Shown in pieces: positions 63,361 to 64,000 of a stretch of DNA of 64,000 bases. This DNA comes from Camelus ferus. Taxonomy: Eukaryota. The stretch is taken from contig NC_045697.1 in the NCBI RefSeq assembly GCF_009834535.1, positions 6,636,001-6,700,000 on the forward strand, in the 5' to 3' direction. Position 1 is the stretch's first letter. Each line of letters starts with the position of its first letter. Position numbers and translations under genes: made by a program. The notes beneath the pieces are model-generated. The model saw only the letters and a list, made by a program, of their open reading frames with translations, was not told the origin of the DNA and did not search any database.

Positions 63361-64000
63361 CTTAAAGAAATTTTATCTAAAATAATATTGTTTCTGATGC
63401 ATTTATGTGCATGTGTGAATTTATGGGGAAGGGGTAAAAGAAATAGAAGGAGAGTTCTATTTTATATGACTTTGTTGGAATTCACATATAGTGAACTTGG
63501 GCTTTTATTTCAAAGCTGTTAATACAGCCCCCACTGAGAACACTGGAAATACACTACCTTGGTCAATTTGAATGTAGGTCATTATGATGTAGCAGTCAAT
63601 TCTTTGAAAAGAGTTCAAAAGTGTATTTTAAATGTTTTACTCTTTTGGCTACACAGCTTTTAAGAAATATAGAAATATTTCCAGTATTTATTACATTTGA
63701 ATTAACCAGACAAGATTCCTAAGCATAAGACCTTGCAGTTCTTTTTTAATTTTTTTTTGGTTTTGAATTGGTTTTCTTTGATTGACTTACTTGTGTCCAT
63801 GTATACATAAAATGCAAAACATTTTACTTTCCGGAAGTACCGCCCTTTCCATTCAACCAAAGTGCCATTCCCTGAGTTCCAGGATGACCTATCCCCACAC
63901 ACTTCCTATCCTACCATGGCCTCTGCCCAAACTCTCCAGTAGCTCCCCTTAAACTAAACAAGATCTAAATTCCTTCTCACGGTGTATCTCCTGCCTTCTC

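Noticed and set aside
1..64000. Prokaryotic-type systems (CRISPR arrays, operons, defence islands) or intact retroviral genes
   Set aside because: The sequence is mammalian repeat-rich DNA. No regularly spaced repeat-spacer array, dense ORF cluster or gag/pol/env ORF was seen.

Overview
Mammalian genomic DNA, most likely camelid (inferred from two tRNA-Ala-like SINEs, one with an AATAAA-rich ...TAATTACCTCCCC tail, and from the style of the younger L1 3' ends). No protein-coding gene is recognisable. The only ORF-track entries resembling a known protein are LINE-1 ORF2 C-terminal fragments; the rest look like chance ORFs in repeats or low-complexity DNA. The window is a repeat-dense, intergenic or intron-like block: about 15 MaLR (MLT1) LTRs, MLT2/LTR16-type ERVL LTRs, L1 of several ages, L2, MIR and hAT MITEs. 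Between them sit repeat-free islands rich in homeodomain/TALE/SOX/ETS motifs. The best leads are (1) a nested SINE > 5'-inverted L1 insertion with a possible short 3' transduction at 12.7-13.3 kb, (2) a possible spliced minus-strand non-coding or micropeptide transcript at 52.8-63.9 kb, (3) a CpG-dense patch at about 7.0 kb and (4) several enhancer-like islands. I found no convincing new biological system. Repeat families were assigned from memory of consensus sequences; subfamily calls and many boundaries are approximate.
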